In this document: positions 1 to 10,405 of the stretch, piece after piece
How positions within the stretch are numbered: position 1 is the stretch's first letter
How the letters are laid out: each line of letters opens with the position of its first letter
Source of the DNA: Bdellovibrionales bacterium
GTDB taxonomy: Bacteria; Bdellovibrionota; Bdellovibrionia; Bdellovibrionales; DASUEL01
Assembly: GCA_050250255.1 (NCBI GenBank)
Contig: JBFWOZ010000009.1
Span: 1-64,000 of the forward strand
Reading direction: 5' to 3'
DNA length: 64,000 bases
Made by a program: the position numbers and the translations under genes
Notes under the pieces: model-generated
Database searches by the model: none
What the model saw: only the letters and a program-made list of their open reading frames with translations
Told to the model about the DNA's origin: nothing

Positions 1-3000
1 TCCGATCTTAAGAACGTCACGACGAAGAAGATCACTTCGAAGAGGACGAAGTCCTAAGAGCTTCACGATGGATTTTAATGCCTTCTTTACACTCTTGGCA
101 CCAGAGTCAGTCAAAGTTGTAGATGCTCTCGCAACGTAGTCTTCTTGAGCCTCAACAAAAGCATTCGTATATTCATGCGCGATGGCGAGAATACGCCGTA
201 ATTCAATTTGAGCCGGGATATCATTTCTCGCGAGCTCTATAGGGCGCTCCCAAATATCTGCTCCAGAGAAAACTTCGTTACAAATGTGAGGCATTAATTT
301 TTCGCTACTTGGAGTCGTAACGCGCTTTGCGATGCTGTCACAGACATCTTTCTTGCTAAGATTTTTACCAAGAATCTCACTCAAGGCTGCATTCGAAAGA
401 AAGATCTCCGAATCAAACTCTAAAGATCCCATGTCATAATTGGTGTCTTCGTTTTTAAATTTTGTCAGCATGGTGGGCATAAAAGAAAAGTGTTTTTCTT
501 TTAACTTAAAGAAGTCTGAGCTCGTCGCCCAAAGAGTATTGTAATCAACAATAAATCTCGCATGAATTTGTCCGTTGCTATCGGCGATGGCCTCACTCGT
601 TGTCTGATGACCCTTCGTGTACTTTCTAGTAAAAAAGGAAAACCCAGAACGGCCATTTGTCTTTTTAATGGAGAGGAAGCGCTCTCGTACTGCTTTTGTT
701 TCTGGATCTACAAAAGCCATCGTCTGGACATTGCTAAAACTTAGGAAGGACGGAATACCCAAAACAGAGAACTGATAAGATTTTGAATTGTTAGTATAGG
801 CGACTTCGTTGACGGCAAGAGGAAGTAGTTCTTTGGATAAAGCCTCTTCTTTCTTATCTTGAGGAGCTGCGCGCTTTAGGTTCTTCATCAGCATTTCACG
901 CTGCTCGGGTATACTCACATTGAAACGGTAGAGCTGATCGGTTCCTGAAAGATCAGTTAAGCGCGCTTTAGCGCTCAGAAGACTTAATATACTTGCCCTG
1001 ATCGCAGCGCTGCCTCCTAAATCCTCTTTTGTGACGTCGGACCAATTTGCGAGATAATTTTGTGCTTCTTCACGGATTAAAGTGAGTCGGTGGAAAGTTA
1101 ACGTGTTGAGACCTGCCTTTAAACTCAGATTAAGAAGAGGAATGCCTGTCGGAAGGTAATTCGCTCCACCGGTGGCCCCGGCTCCAATGTAAGAAGAAGA
1201 GATGAAGACATCGCCCGGTTGCATATTGGCTGCCATTTTTTCAGACAAGTCTTTAATGGATCGATAGTAATTTTTAGGATCTAAATAGACTTCTTCTAAC
1301 CCTTTAATAAATTCTTCAGGTCCTGCAACAGCGCGAACACGGATGAATTCCCATGTTTTGCTAGATTTGAACTTCCACTTCAATTGAAGAGATTTTGGTT
1401 CCACCTCTACGATTTCGTCAGCATTAAATCCTTCTCCGCTCAGACGTGTGATCACATCTGGAGTGACTCGTGCATCAAAACCGGTTCGGAAAACATCAAT
1501 GATCCAATAAGGTTTGTCGTTGAGGAGTTTTCCTTTGTTAAATGGGTTTTCAATAATGTAACGAGCTGGAATGAAAGAGTCTTGCCCTGCAGGAAAACCA
1601 CTTAAAAGAAGGTTTGTTGGCAGTTCAATGCGCTGAAGCTTTTTAATAAAAGGCTCGGCGAGCTTAGGGATTCCCGCATAATAAAGAGCATTATGAAGAG
1701 CTTCTTCGGTAGTACCCGCTTCAGGAGAATGGATAGAACCGGTTTGCGCCCATTTTGCATCGCACTTTCCTTCTTTGGCGATGTATTTTCCTTTATCGAA
1801 ACAATCTTCGTAACCAGAAACCGTAAACTTTGCGGGCTCTGTCATTTTACTCTCAAGTTGGATCGTACGACTCTCACCTGTGCCGTAGGCCTTCACAGTC
1901 GTACCGAGGAGACCTGTGCTTTGTACTAGCTGATCACGGCGACGAAGAAGAAGTTGAGTGTAAAACTCTGCGATAGGTGCTGGATAATCCAAGTGAAGAA
2001 AAAGCGGATAAATCTGATCATAGGTGAGCTGAGAGATAAGACGAGCCGCCCAACGAACATCATTAATTGTTACGGCTTCCCAAAGTTTGCTCTTAGAATA
2101 GTGAGTTAAATTAAGTGTGAGATGAGGAACGTTGACGCGAAATTGCGGCACGGTGGAAGTCCTATTAGGAACTACGAGCTCTGAAGGAAATAGGTTTGGA
2201 CGATTTTTAATCGTTATATCTCCCAATGAAGCTCCCATATCTGAAGCAACATGAGCCAAGTGATAACCACCCGAACCGTCTTCCTTCGGAATAAGCTTGA
2301 GTTCCGCATTGGCATATTTAGCGTCAACATCATTGATCCATGCGTAAAAAACCATGAGACCACGAAACTCACGACGCAAATGATGACCAAGATTTTCTTT
2401 AGAAAAACCGCCAATATCAAAGTCATGCCTCATGTCTTTTCGAGCTTCGAGACTGACTTCGTTCATTTCTACGTATTTACGACCCTTTTCTGGGCCATCT
2501 TGAATCTCCATAATGTTGGAGAAAGCGGAGCCGTAATCCCAACTACTCAAACCACCAGATCTCTTAGGACCCTTTTGGATAAGCTCATTAATGATCGCGT
2601 TTCTTGCGATATTAAAACGTGCGGCATAGACTTTGCGACCTTCTTCGGTCGATATTTCATTAGCATTAAATCCATCCTTTACGAAGAGACGTACTTTCTG
2701 CTTGTAGAATGTGGGATCGACTGAAAAACCAATGGCAGCGGCGAGCTGATTGACGACATTTTCGCTTTGGATTTCATTGCCGGACTGACGGTAGTAATCC
2801 AGCGCTTGTAAAGCTTTTCCGGCTTTAGAAGGGTGGGGAATTTTGGTTTGGAATTTAAGTTTGTAAGTACGGCCTTGAAAAAGCACATCGATTTTCGGAG
2901 TTGTTCCGCTATTTTTTGCACCTTTATACTCTATGTCCACTGAGGCTTTGGAATTGAGAAGCTCTTCTGGTAGTTGCGGTTGCGCCATTCCTGAGTACCT

Positions 3001-3786
3001 AAGTGTGTCGTATTTATGAATTGGAACTTGCGGGGCTCTCCATAGTCCAGAGTTCTGAGGATCACGAGCGGAAAGATCTGCCGTTCCGGTAAGAAGAAGG
3101 TTTGAGGCTTCAACCTGGCTTTTAATAACAATATAATTAAGGGCATTATCAACAGCTTCGTAAACACCGCTTAAATGAGCAAAGGTGTTATCATTGTTCC
3201 TGAGAGACGAAAGAATTTCTAAACCATTAAAGAGAGATTCATAGAACTGCTGAGCCTGGGGACTATTTAAAGCCTCTAAAGTTTTTAACGGAGGTAGTGA
3301 TTTTGAGAGCTCAAGAGCGCGACGAAGTTCTTTTTCTGCGAAAACTCGAGCGACGCTTAATTCGTCAGCATCAAAATCTTTTAGAAAATCTTGTGTCCGC
3401 TGATCTCTTTTTGAGCGAAAAACATCTAGGCTGTCGTTGCAATAAGCATCACCCATGAATGGTTTATTTTTTTCGCAGTAAACAGCAAAAGCCGCATTTT
3501 CATCGCGACGAGAGTGTTGTAAATCAGCAAAAATTGCTGACTCTAAAATGCGATGAGTTTTAGGATCAATGTAGGTTTCATGAAGTAGGGCGGATGGTGT
3601 GCGCCTTTCAACTTTATTTTTAGCCCTCGAGGCAAGGACGGAAACGCCCTGATAGATGGGAGACGTTTTATCGTTTGTAATAAAGCCCGGAAGATTTCGT
3701 ACACCGTCGTAGCGACCGAGAGTTCCTGCCTGAATTTGAAGAGTAAAAAAAAGAGAAAGAGTCGAAATGACGAAGTGTTGTCCCAC
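1..3786 (-). CDS. Large secreted protein with atypical (HipA/PI3-4K-like) kinase-fold N-terminal domain; 3' end outside the window
   Basis: Missing from the ORF track, apparently because no stop lies in the window. GTG at 3786 preceded by GAGG; signal-like MGQHFVISTLSLFFTLQIQA. Hand-translated stretches are open, including the last codons at position 1. Motifs SGTTPK..YKLKF, EIQSE, WINDVDAKYAN, SDMGASLG, DVRWAAR..LLLRRRDQL. Confidence 0.8.
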   Translation of the reverse strand, partial: MGQHFVISTLSLFFTLQIQAGTLGRYDGVRNLPGFITNDKTSPIYQGVSVLASRAKNKVERRTPSALLHETYIDPKTHRILESAIFADLQHSRRDENAAFAVYCEKNKPFMGDAYCNDSLDVFRSKRDQRTQDFLKDFDADELSVARVFAEKELRRALELSKSLPPLKTLEALNSPQAQQFYESLFNGLEILSSLRNNDNTFAHLSGVYEAVDNALNYIVIKSQVEASNLLLTGTADLSARDPQNSGLWRAPQVPIHKYDTLRYSGMAQPQLPEELLNSKASVDIEYKGAKNSGTTPKIDVLFQGRTYKLKFQTKIPHPSKAGKALQALDYYRQSGNEIQSENVVNQLAAAIGFSVDPTFYKQKVRLFVKDGFNANEISTEEGRKVYAARFNIARNAIINELIQKGPKRSGGLSSWDYGSAFSNIMEIQDGPEKGRKYVEMNEVSLEARKDMRHDFDIGGFSKENLGHHLRREFRGLMVFYAWINDVDAKYANAELKLIPKEDGSGGYHLAHVASDMGASLGDITIKNRPNLFPSELVVPNRTSTVPQFRVNVPHLTLNLTHYSKSKLWEAVTINDVRWAARLISQLTYDQIYPLFLHLDYPAPIAEFYTQLLLRRRDQLVQSTGLLGTTVKAYGTGESRTIQLESKMTEPAKFTVSGYEDCFDKGKYIAKEGKCDAKWAQTGSIHSPEAGTTEEALHNALYYAGIPKLAEPFIKKLQRIELPTNLLLSGFPAGQDSFIPARYIIENPFNKGKLLNDKPYWIIDVFRTGFDARVTPDVITRLSGEGFNADEIVEVEPKSLQLKWKFKSSKTWEFIRVRAVAGPEEFIKGLEEVYLDPKNYYRSIKDLSEKMAANMQPGDVFISSSYIGAGATGGANYLPTGIPLLNLSLKAGLNTLTFHRLTLIREEAQNYLANWSDVTKEDLGGSAAIRASILSLLSAKARLTDLSGTDQLYRFNVSIPEQREMLMKNLKRAAPQDKKEEALSKELLPLAVNEVAYTNNSKSYQFSVLGIPSFLSFSNVQTMAFVDPETKAVRERFLSIKKTNGRSGFSFFTRKYTKGHQTTSEAIADSNGQIHARFIVDYNTLWATSSDFFKLKEKHFSFMPTMLTKFKNEDTNYDMGSLEFDSEIFLSNAALSEILGKNLSKKDVCDSIAKRVTTPSSEKLMPHICNEVFSGADIWERPIELARNDIPAQIELRRILAIAHEYTNAFVEAQEDYVARASTTLTDSGAKSVKKALKSIVKLLGLRPLRSDLLRRDVLKIG

Positions 3787-3904
3787 TAGTACCTCTTGTT
3801 TAAGGATGGTCTTAAGAAGTATGTACAAGCTGTTGGCGCCATGCGCAATATGCGAATAAATGGTGTTCTACATTGAAGATCGCTTAAAAAAAAGTCGCGA
3901 CTGA

Positions 3905-5206
3905 CTAAGTGTTAAACAGAATTTTTTGTGCGAGTTTTTCCGATGCGCCGGTCTTTTCTAAAACTTTGTTTTTAAGGTGATGTTGAACAGACGCCAAATC
4001 CACTTTAATTAGGGTTTGAATATTTTTTGCTAATTCTTCACTGTTTTGGACAACAATGACTGCTGGTGAAATGTTTTGAATTAAAAGCTTTTGAAAAATG
4101 AGAGCTTCACGATTATTTCGATGTTTTGGTCCCACGAAAGTAATGCACCCAGCAGCCAACGGTTCCATTACGCTATGAATTTTATCTCGAAGAAAGGAAT
4201 TACCTACGAGAGCGAGTTGGGCCCAACTATACAGATCCGCAAGGATTCCCACTTGATTGATAATTAAAACCGAAGGTTCTAGATACCAATCCGACTTGGC
4301 CTCGGTGTAAAGATGCGTTTTGATAGAAAGATCTTGAAATAGCTTTTTAAGTTGCGCGAGGTGATCTGGAGTAGGTTCGTGAGGCGCGATAATAAAACGG
4401 ATGGGGAGTCCTTGAAGTTTTTGAAGCGTTTCTTTGAGCACTTCCTCATCTGGTAACCAAGTCGATCCAGCTAAAAATGTGACATATTTTTTTGGCGGGT
4501 GAAGCTCAGAGCGAAGCGCTCTCGGCTGCGCTAACCGGCGTAATACTTGATCATACCTTGTATCCCCAAAAACTTGAGTTCGGTCGCGAAGAGCTAGGCT
4601 TTCAAAAGTTTTTTTGTCTTCATCGTCGACGCAATAAATTTCGTCTACAAGTTGGAAACGCCATTTGGCATAGGATCGCTTCAATGGATTTTTAAATTTT
4701 GGAGCAGTTTCCGAAAGCGTTGCTGAAAAAAGGATCGTTTTTACCGAATACTTTTTTGCTTGAAGCAAAAGTTCGGGCCAAAGATCGGTGCGGGCGACTA
4801 GTAACATTCGAGGTTTTAGATGTCGAAACAGGGGGGCTAGAAAAAATGGATGATCAAAAGGAAGGGGAAAGTACCCATCGATTAGTGGATCATTAGCTAG
4901 CACTTTTTTTACACTCGGAGAGAAAAAACTCACCACAATTTTCAACTCTGGCGCATGAGATTTGAGAGAGGCTATAAGGGGTTTAGCGTATTCAAATTCT
5001 CCAGAAGAAACATGAATCCATAAGGCGTTCTTTAATGTGATTGTTTGCCATGGATAAAGCCCATTTTGTTTTTTTCGTAAATCAAGTCCTCGTTGTAATT
5101 TATCGTGAAAGGGCGCGACCACGTAGAGAAACAAAAGGGTGATTGGGAAAAAGACCCAGCGGTAAAAAATCCAATGAAACAGTAAATGAACGTACGACAA
5201 AATCAC
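3905..5206 (-). CDS. waaA: 3-deoxy-D-manno-octulosonic acid (Kdo) transferase
   Basis: WIHVSSGEF, YFPLPFD, DLWPELL, GDTRYD, AGSTW, APHEP, HSVMEP motifs of GT30. Confidence 0.9.
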   Translation of the reverse strand: MILSYVHLLFHWIFYRWVFFPITLLFLYVVAPFHDKLQRGLDLRKKQNGLYPWQTITLKNALWIHVSSGEFEYAKPLIASLKSHAPELKIVVSFFSPSVKKVLANDPLIDGYFPLPFDHPFFLAPLFRHLKPRMLLVARTDLWPELLLQAKKYSVKTILFSATLSETAPKFKNPLKRSYAKWRFQLVDEIYCVDDEDKKTFESLALRDRTQVFGDTRYDQVLRRLAQPRALRSELHPPKKYVTFLAGSTWLPDEEVLKETLQKLQGLPIRFIIAPHEPTPDHLAQLKKLFQDLSIKTHLYTEAKSDWYLEPSVLIINQVGILADLYSWAQLALVGNSFLRDKIHSVMEPLAAGCITFVGPKHRNNREALIFQKLLIQNISPAVIVVQNSEELAKNIQTLIKVDLASVQHHLKNKVLEKTGASEKLAQKILFNT

Positions 5207-5219
5207 CTCAAAATGAACA

Positions 5220-6239
5220 TCAAGAAAACGTTGGAATGTGCTTTAATACTTGCTCTGGTGTGATGTCACGTAGACATTTTTGATATACGGCCTGAATACA
5301 TGTGCCTCGACCATCTTTACTACAAGGTTTACAGGGAAGTGCGACTTCTAAGGGTAATGAGTTGGGAAAAAGGGGGTGGCCAAACGCTGTAGGCCCAATA
5401 AGAGCAAGGGTAGAAACACCCATTTGATCTGCCGCGTGCATAAGACCTGTATCGGCGGAGATCACCTGTCTGGCCTTTTGAATCACCGCGCAACTTTCTT
5501 CTAGCGTCAGTCGACCAGCAAGGTTCACGAGCCGAGTATTTGAGAACATCTCTGCAAGTTCAAAACACACAGCATCTCCTTTTCCTCCAAGAAGTACCAA
5601 AGGATGAGACGTTTTTAAAAGAGATTGGATGAGGCTTATCCAATAGTCTTTGGGCCATGTTTTCATAGGCCAAGCTGCGCTCGGCACCAGAACAATCGAA
5701 TGATGAGGGATTTGATGACTCTTTTGAGTGTTTTCTAAGAGTTGCGGAGAGACTTGAAAGGAGGGCTTGAGGTTTGAGATCGAAAGGCCCCACTTCTGAA
5801 GTGGTGTTACATAACTTTTTGCACCAACAAATGGTTTCGGAAAATAGTTTTTTCGAAACTGAAACAAGAAGAGTCGACGAATTCGAAACTTAGATCGAAC
5901 CAGATACAAGGGGGATTTCCACTTACAACGTAATAGAGGCTGCAAGAGAAGAGATCTCAAATTATTATGAGCGTCGTAAACGTGAGTAAAATTTTGTGCG
6001 CGCAGTTGCGTTCCTAAACGGAAGAGGCCCCAAAGACCCAAATTCCGTGAGAATGGCCAAATCTGATCGATTTTTGAATGTTCCTGAAGTACCGGCGCAT
6101 ACTCTTCGCGGGTCACCCAATGAATTTGCGCCTGGGGCCACTCCGTTTTAATGATGTCGGTGACCGGCAAGCCTTGCAAAATGTCGCCAAAGCTTGAAAA
6201 CCGAATGATTAAAATCTTCGCTGTAGTGTCATTGCTCAT
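5220..6239 (-). CDS. Glycosyltransferase family 9 (LPS heptosyltransferase-like)
   Basis: KILIIRFSSFGDI, KTWP, NLAGRLTL, SADTGLMHAA; start moved to ATG 6239. Confidence 0.88.
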   Translation of the reverse strand: MSNDTTAKILIIRFSSFGDILQGLPVTDIIKTEWPQAQIHWVTREEYAPVLQEHSKIDQIWPFSRNLGLWGLFRLGTQLRAQNFTHVYDAHNNLRSLLLQPLLRCKWKSPLYLVRSKFRIRRLFLFQFRKNYFPKPFVGAKSYVTPLQKWGLSISNLKPSFQVSPQLLENTQKSHQIPHHSIVLVPSAAWPMKTWPKDYWISLIQSLLKTSHPLVLLGGKGDAVCFELAEMFSNTRLVNLAGRLTLEESCAVIQKARQVISADTGLMHAADQMGVSTLALIGPTAFGHPLFPNSLPLEVALPCKPCSKDGRGTCIQAVYQKCLRDITPEQVLKHIPTFS

Positions 6240-6297
6240 GTACGAATAATATAACACTCCAATTGCTTTGTATCGAGAGGTTTGATATTTCATTGGC

Positions 6298-7290
6298 ATG
6301 CATCCCCAAAAAATCGATTACAAAAAATCTGGGGTCGATATCCACATCGGTGACCAGTTTGTCGATTGGATCAAAAAAAATAATAAAAATGTGCGTTCTA
6401 ATAAACAAGTTCTTGGCGGAATTGGTGGTTTTGCGGCCCTTTTTCGACCCAATTTACAAGGAATACGTCGCCCCATTTTAGTCAGCGCCACTGACGGCGT
6501 CGGTACAAAAGTAAAGATAGCAGCTGAGTTCAACGATCTGAAAGGGATCGGGCAAGATCTTGTTGCCATGTGCGTGAACGACCTCATCACTTGCGGAGCT
6601 GACCCTCTTTTCTTCCTTGATTATTATGCCACTGGAAAATTGAACTTAAAGCAGGCCAAACAATTTGTTTCCTCTGTTCAGCAAGCTTGTGAGAAATCTC
6701 ATTGTCTTTTGATTGGCGGCGAAACTGCGGAAATGCCAGGAGTTTATTCAAAAAAAGATTTTGATTGTGCAGGCTTTGCGGTGGGACTTGTCGATGAGGA
6801 GAAAATTTTAGGAACTCAACATGTCAAAGAAGGACATGTGATTATTGGTCTTGAAAGCAGTGGTTTTCATAGCAACGGTTATTCGCTTCTCCGCAAAGTT
6901 TTTGCACGCGACATGAAGAAATGGAGAAAAACTCTATTAGAGCCCACTCATCTGTATGTCGATTTTGTGAAAAAAACGCGAGATTTCGTTCACGCTTACG
7001 CCCATATTACTGGGAGTGGTGTAGAGAATATCCCGCGAGTGATTCCGGCCTCTTGTGCAGTAAAATTGAATGATTGGGAATGGCCAGAAATGTTCCATGT
7101 TGTTCAAAAACGATCAGGCATGTCGAAGAAAAAAATGCTGACCACTCTCAACTGTGGAATTGGATTTTGCGCGTTTGTACCGGAGAAGGCAGCCACTAAA
7201 ACCATAAAAGTGGCTTCTCAGTTAGGTTTTCAGGCGCAAGTCATTGGAGAAGTCGTCAAAAAAAGGGGAACCGCTGATGTCCTTTGGTAG
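6298..7290 (+). CDS. purM: Phosphoribosylformylglycinamidine cyclo-ligase
   Basis: YKKSGVD, TDGVGTK, DLVAMCVND, GGETAEMPG, SSGFHSNG. Confidence 0.97.
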   Translation: MHPQKIDYKKSGVDIHIGDQFVDWIKKNNKNVRSNKQVLGGIGGFAALFRPNLQGIRRPILVSATDGVGTKVKIAAEFNDLKGIGQDLVAMCVNDLITCGADPLFFLDYYATGKLNLKQAKQFVSSVQQACEKSHCLLIGGETAEMPGVYSKKDFDCAGFAVGLVDEEKILGTQHVKEGHVIIGLESSGFHSNGYSLLRKVFARDMKKWRKTLLEPTHLYVDFVKKTRDFVHAYAHITGSGVENIPRVIPASCAVKLNDWEWPEMFHVVQKRSGMSKKKMLTTLNCGIGFCAFVPEKAATKTIKVASQLGFQAQVIGEVVKKRGTADVLW

Positions 7291-7858
7291 ACAACGGTGG
7301 GCCATTTTTATTTCTGGTACAGGTTCAAACCTTCACGCGCTTCTTGATATGAGGGATCATGTCGATATTGCCCTCGTTGTAAGCTCTAAAGCTCAAGCGC
7401 CAGGCTTACTTAAAGCGCGCCGCGCAGGAATCCCTACTCTTGTTTTAGATAAGAAAGTCAATTGGATGAGCGTTTCTGAAAATCATAGACCGTCGCTTCA
7501 TCAAGAACTTGTTAGACATCGAGTTGATAAGATTTTTTTGCTTGGTTTTATGAAACTTCTGCCGCAAGATTTTGTCAATACATGGAAGGGTAAAATGCTC
7601 AATGTTCACCCTAGTCTCTTACCTCTTTATCCTGGCTTAAAAAGTATCGAAAAAGCCTACGAAAAAAAGGACGTCATTGGTGTGACGGTACATGAAGTGA
7701 TCGCCGAAATGGATGCGGGCACGCCGATTTCTCAGAGATTGGTTCTTAAAAAGGAAGAAACTCTTTCTTCCATTGAGCAGACAGAAAACTTAGTTCATCT
7801 CTCTGAGCATCGCTTAGTGAGAGAAAGTGTAAGGAAATGGAAAACCGCTCCGACATAG
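7277..7858 (+). CDS. purN: Phosphoribosylglycinamide formyltransferase
   Basis: ISGTGSNL, NVHPSLLP.YPG, GVTVH..EMDAG; ATG 7277 overlaps purM end. Confidence 0.92.
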   Translation: MSFGRQRWAIFISGTGSNLHALLDMRDHVDIALVVSSKAQAPGLLKARRAGIPTLVLDKKVNWMSVSENHRPSLHQELVRHRVDKIFLLGFMKLLPQDFVNTWKGKMLNVHPSLLPLYPGLKSIEKAYEKKDVIGVTVHEVIAEMDAGTPISQRLVLKKEETLSSIEQTENLVHLSEHRLVRESVRKWKTAPT

Positions 7859-9141
7859 TGATTGTTTCTGCTTATGGACGTGGAATCTGGTTGGCTCAAC
7901 AACTGGCTCGTCTTGGTCACTCTGTCGCCTATCTCGATACTTCAGATAAAATTGGAAAATGGAATGCAGAAGATTGGGAAGGCCCATTTGGACTTTTCAA
8001 GAAAGAAACGCTTGATGAAACACAGTGGGCTCACTGGTCCCTAATGGGAGAGGTTAAAGAAATTCCTCCAGGCTATACCTTTTGGCTTCCCTCAGGGCCA
8101 CTTGAATTTCGCGGGCCTTTGTTTGATTTTACGGCGTCACGCACGGGTTTAAAGCCTGAACTCATAGAATATTTAAAAAACTTTGATACTCTTGAACTTA
8201 GTCACCAACACGCATTGAAAAGATTTATAGAGAAAAGTCATACCGATGGAGTATGGCCAGCCCTTTTTGCTCACCAAATTGCTTCCTCCTATTACAATAT
8301 GGACCGTCATCGTTTGATCAGCGAAAAGCCTCTCTCATTATTTGCCCCTTTCTATGTTCGAAAAGTGGGCCAACAGCTCCCGCAAATTTCTCAACATCTT
8401 GGGAAAGATAAAAAGATTAAATATTTTCCAAAGGCCAGAATCGAAGATTTATCCCTTCAGGGACGTTCATTGGACGCCATTGAAGTGGCGAGTGAACAGT
8501 CAGGCGTTGTACGAGGCCGCTATTTTGTCTGGATGGTGACAAGTGAAGAAACCAAAAACTTTTCGGAACGAGTCCAAACGAAATTGTATCCTAAAGGTGT
8601 GCTAGCTTCTTCCTGGTGCTGGCTTCGCTACGAATTAGAATTTCCTGATGGTCCAGAGAGCGATGTCCTCCCAGATTATTTCGTCTTAGTAAAAGATATG
8701 CATTTACCTTGGACTCACGCCAATGTGTGTTTAGTGAAAAGATCCGAAAACAGAAAGAAATTTTTTGCATGGATTCGTGTTGCAGCGGCGAGACGTTTTC
8801 AAAGATCGTACTTACATGAAATGGGAGAACTCATCTTACAGCAATTGAAAGAGAGACTGCCTGCTCTCCAGGTAACGATCACGGGAATGCCGGCAGAACA
8901 CACACATACGCTTGAAGAGCTAGGTGCCCCTAAGTGGCCGGTTTACCAAACGTCCTCAAACGCTTTCCAAAAAACTCAAATTAAAAATTTGTACTACGGA
9001 AGCTTTGAAGACTCGTCGACCCTTCATCGAAATGAACAATACGATTTACAAAAGAAGCTTTTAGAAACCATCGTTCGAGCAGAGACTGAATTAAAAAAGA
9101 AAACAGAGGTAAAACGTGATAGCGAGATACACCCGAGCTGA
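7837..9141 (+). CDS. Hypothetical protein with degenerate Rossmann/FAD-oxidoreductase-like N-terminus
   Basis: DIVIVSAYGRGIWLAQQLARLGHSVAYLD resembles a beta-alpha-beta dinucleotide-binding start; overlaps purN and purB. Confidence 0.6.
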   Translation: MENRSDIVIVSAYGRGIWLAQQLARLGHSVAYLDTSDKIGKWNAEDWEGPFGLFKKETLDETQWAHWSLMGEVKEIPPGYTFWLPSGPLEFRGPLFDFTASRTGLKPELIEYLKNFDTLELSHQHALKRFIEKSHTDGVWPALFAHQIASSYYNMDRHRLISEKPLSLFAPFYVRKVGQQLPQISQHLGKDKKIKYFPKARIEDLSLQGRSLDAIEVASEQSGVVRGRYFVWMVTSEETKNFSERVQTKLYPKGVLASSWCWLRYELEFPDGPESDVLPDYFVLVKDMHLPWTHANVCLVKRSENRKKFFAWIRVAAARRFQRSYLHEMGELILQQLKERLPALQVTITGMPAEHTHTLEELGAPKWPVYQTSSNAFQKTQIKNLYYGSFEDSSTLHRNEQYDLQKKLLETIVRAETELKKKTEVKRDSEIHPS

Positions 9142-10405
9142 AATGGCTTCCGTATGGAGTCCAGAAAATAAATTTCAACGTCTGTTGGACGTTGAGCTCG
9201 CAGTTGCCAAAGTTCAGGCGGATCTTGGAATCATTCCACGTCAGGCTTTTCCAGAAATGAAGAAAAAAGCGAAGTTTCAAATTAAGCGTATCGATGAGTT
9301 AGAAAAAACGACCAAACATGACGTCATCGCTTTTGTGAGTAACGTTGCAGAAAATATCGGAGAAAAAGGGAAATATCTCCACTTTGGTCTTACGAGTTCC
9401 GATGTGCTCGATACGGCCACGAGTCTTCTCATCAAAGACGCTTCTGAGGTTTTATTTGAATCCATCAAGCGCCTAGAAAAAGAACTCACAGCAATCGTGA
9501 GTAGTCATATGAATACCCCTTGCGTAGGGCGCACTCATGGAATGCATGCGGAGCCCACCACCTTTGGTTATAAAATGTCAGGTTACCTTGCTGAATTAAA
9601 ACGCAATCAGATCCGTGTGATGAGAGCTGTTGAACAATGTTTAGTGGTGAAACTTTCTGGGCCGGTAGGGACTTATTCTACCACTCCAGAATCGGTAGAG
9701 AAAAAAGCGGGTGAGATTTTAAAACTTCAGCAAGAAACGGTCGCTACACAAGTGGTACCGCGTGATCGTCATGCAGAGCTGATGACTTCTCTTGCACTTT
9801 TAATGGCGGGAATTGAAAGATTAGCCGTTGAACTACGTCATCTCCAACGCACAGAGGTGGGGGAAGTGGAAGAGGGTTTTACGAAAGGGCAAAAGGGCTC
9901 AAGCGCCATGCCCCACAAGAAAAATCCTATTGGATCAGAAAATCTCACGGGACTTGCGCGTTTGGTTCGCTCCATGGTCCAACCAGCTCTCGAGAATATT
10001 GTGTTATGGCATGAAAGAGATATCTCTCACTCCTCTGTCGAGCGTGTGATTCTAGGGGATTCGTTGACGCTTACGGATTACGCCGTAGACCGCATGGCAG
10101 GTATTATTAAAAATTTAAAAGTGAATAAAAAACGCATGATTGAAAACCTTCAACTCACGCAAGGCCAAATTTATAGTGCGCGACTACTTCTTACGCTTGT
10201 CGAAAAAGGTTTTCGCAGGGAAGAGGCTTACGCGATTTTGCAAAGAGTGAGTCATGGTTTAGACAGTAACAAAACACTCTTGAGCGAAATATTAAAAGAT
10301 ACGGATGTTAAAAAAGTCCTGAAAAAAAATGACTTAAAACATATTGAACAAGCCTTGGGCCTTAAGAATAGAGTTAACCAAAAACAAAAACGGGTGAACT
10401 TATGA
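9116..10405 (+). CDS. purB: Adenylosuccinate lyase
   Basis: IARY, HDV.AF, HFGLTSSD, GRTHG, GSSAMPHKKNP. Confidence 0.97.
   Translation: MIARYTRAEMASVWSPENKFQRLLDVELAVAKVQADLGIIPRQAFPEMKKKAKFQIKRIDELEKTTKHDVIAFVSNVAENIGEKGKYLHFGLTSSDVLDTATSLLIKDASEVLFESIKRLEKELTAIVSSHMNTPCVGRTHGMHAEPTTFGYKMSGYLAELKRNQIRVMRAVEQCLVVKLSGPVGTYSTTPESVEKKAGEILKLQQETVATQVVPRDRHAELMTSLALLMAGIERLAVELRHLQRTEVGEVEEGFTKGQKGSSAMPHKKNPIGSENLTGLARLVRSMVQPALENIVLWHERDISHSSVERVILGDSLTLTDYAVDRMAGIIKNLKVNKKRMIENLQLTQGQIYSARLLLTLVEKGFRREEAYAILQRVSHGLDSNKTLLSEILKDTDVKKVLKKNDLKHIEQALGLKNRVNQKQKRVNL

Noticed and set aside
562..3167. Short ORFs listed in the track
   Set aside because: They are antisense or out-of-frame shadows of the long minus-strand ORF 1..3786.
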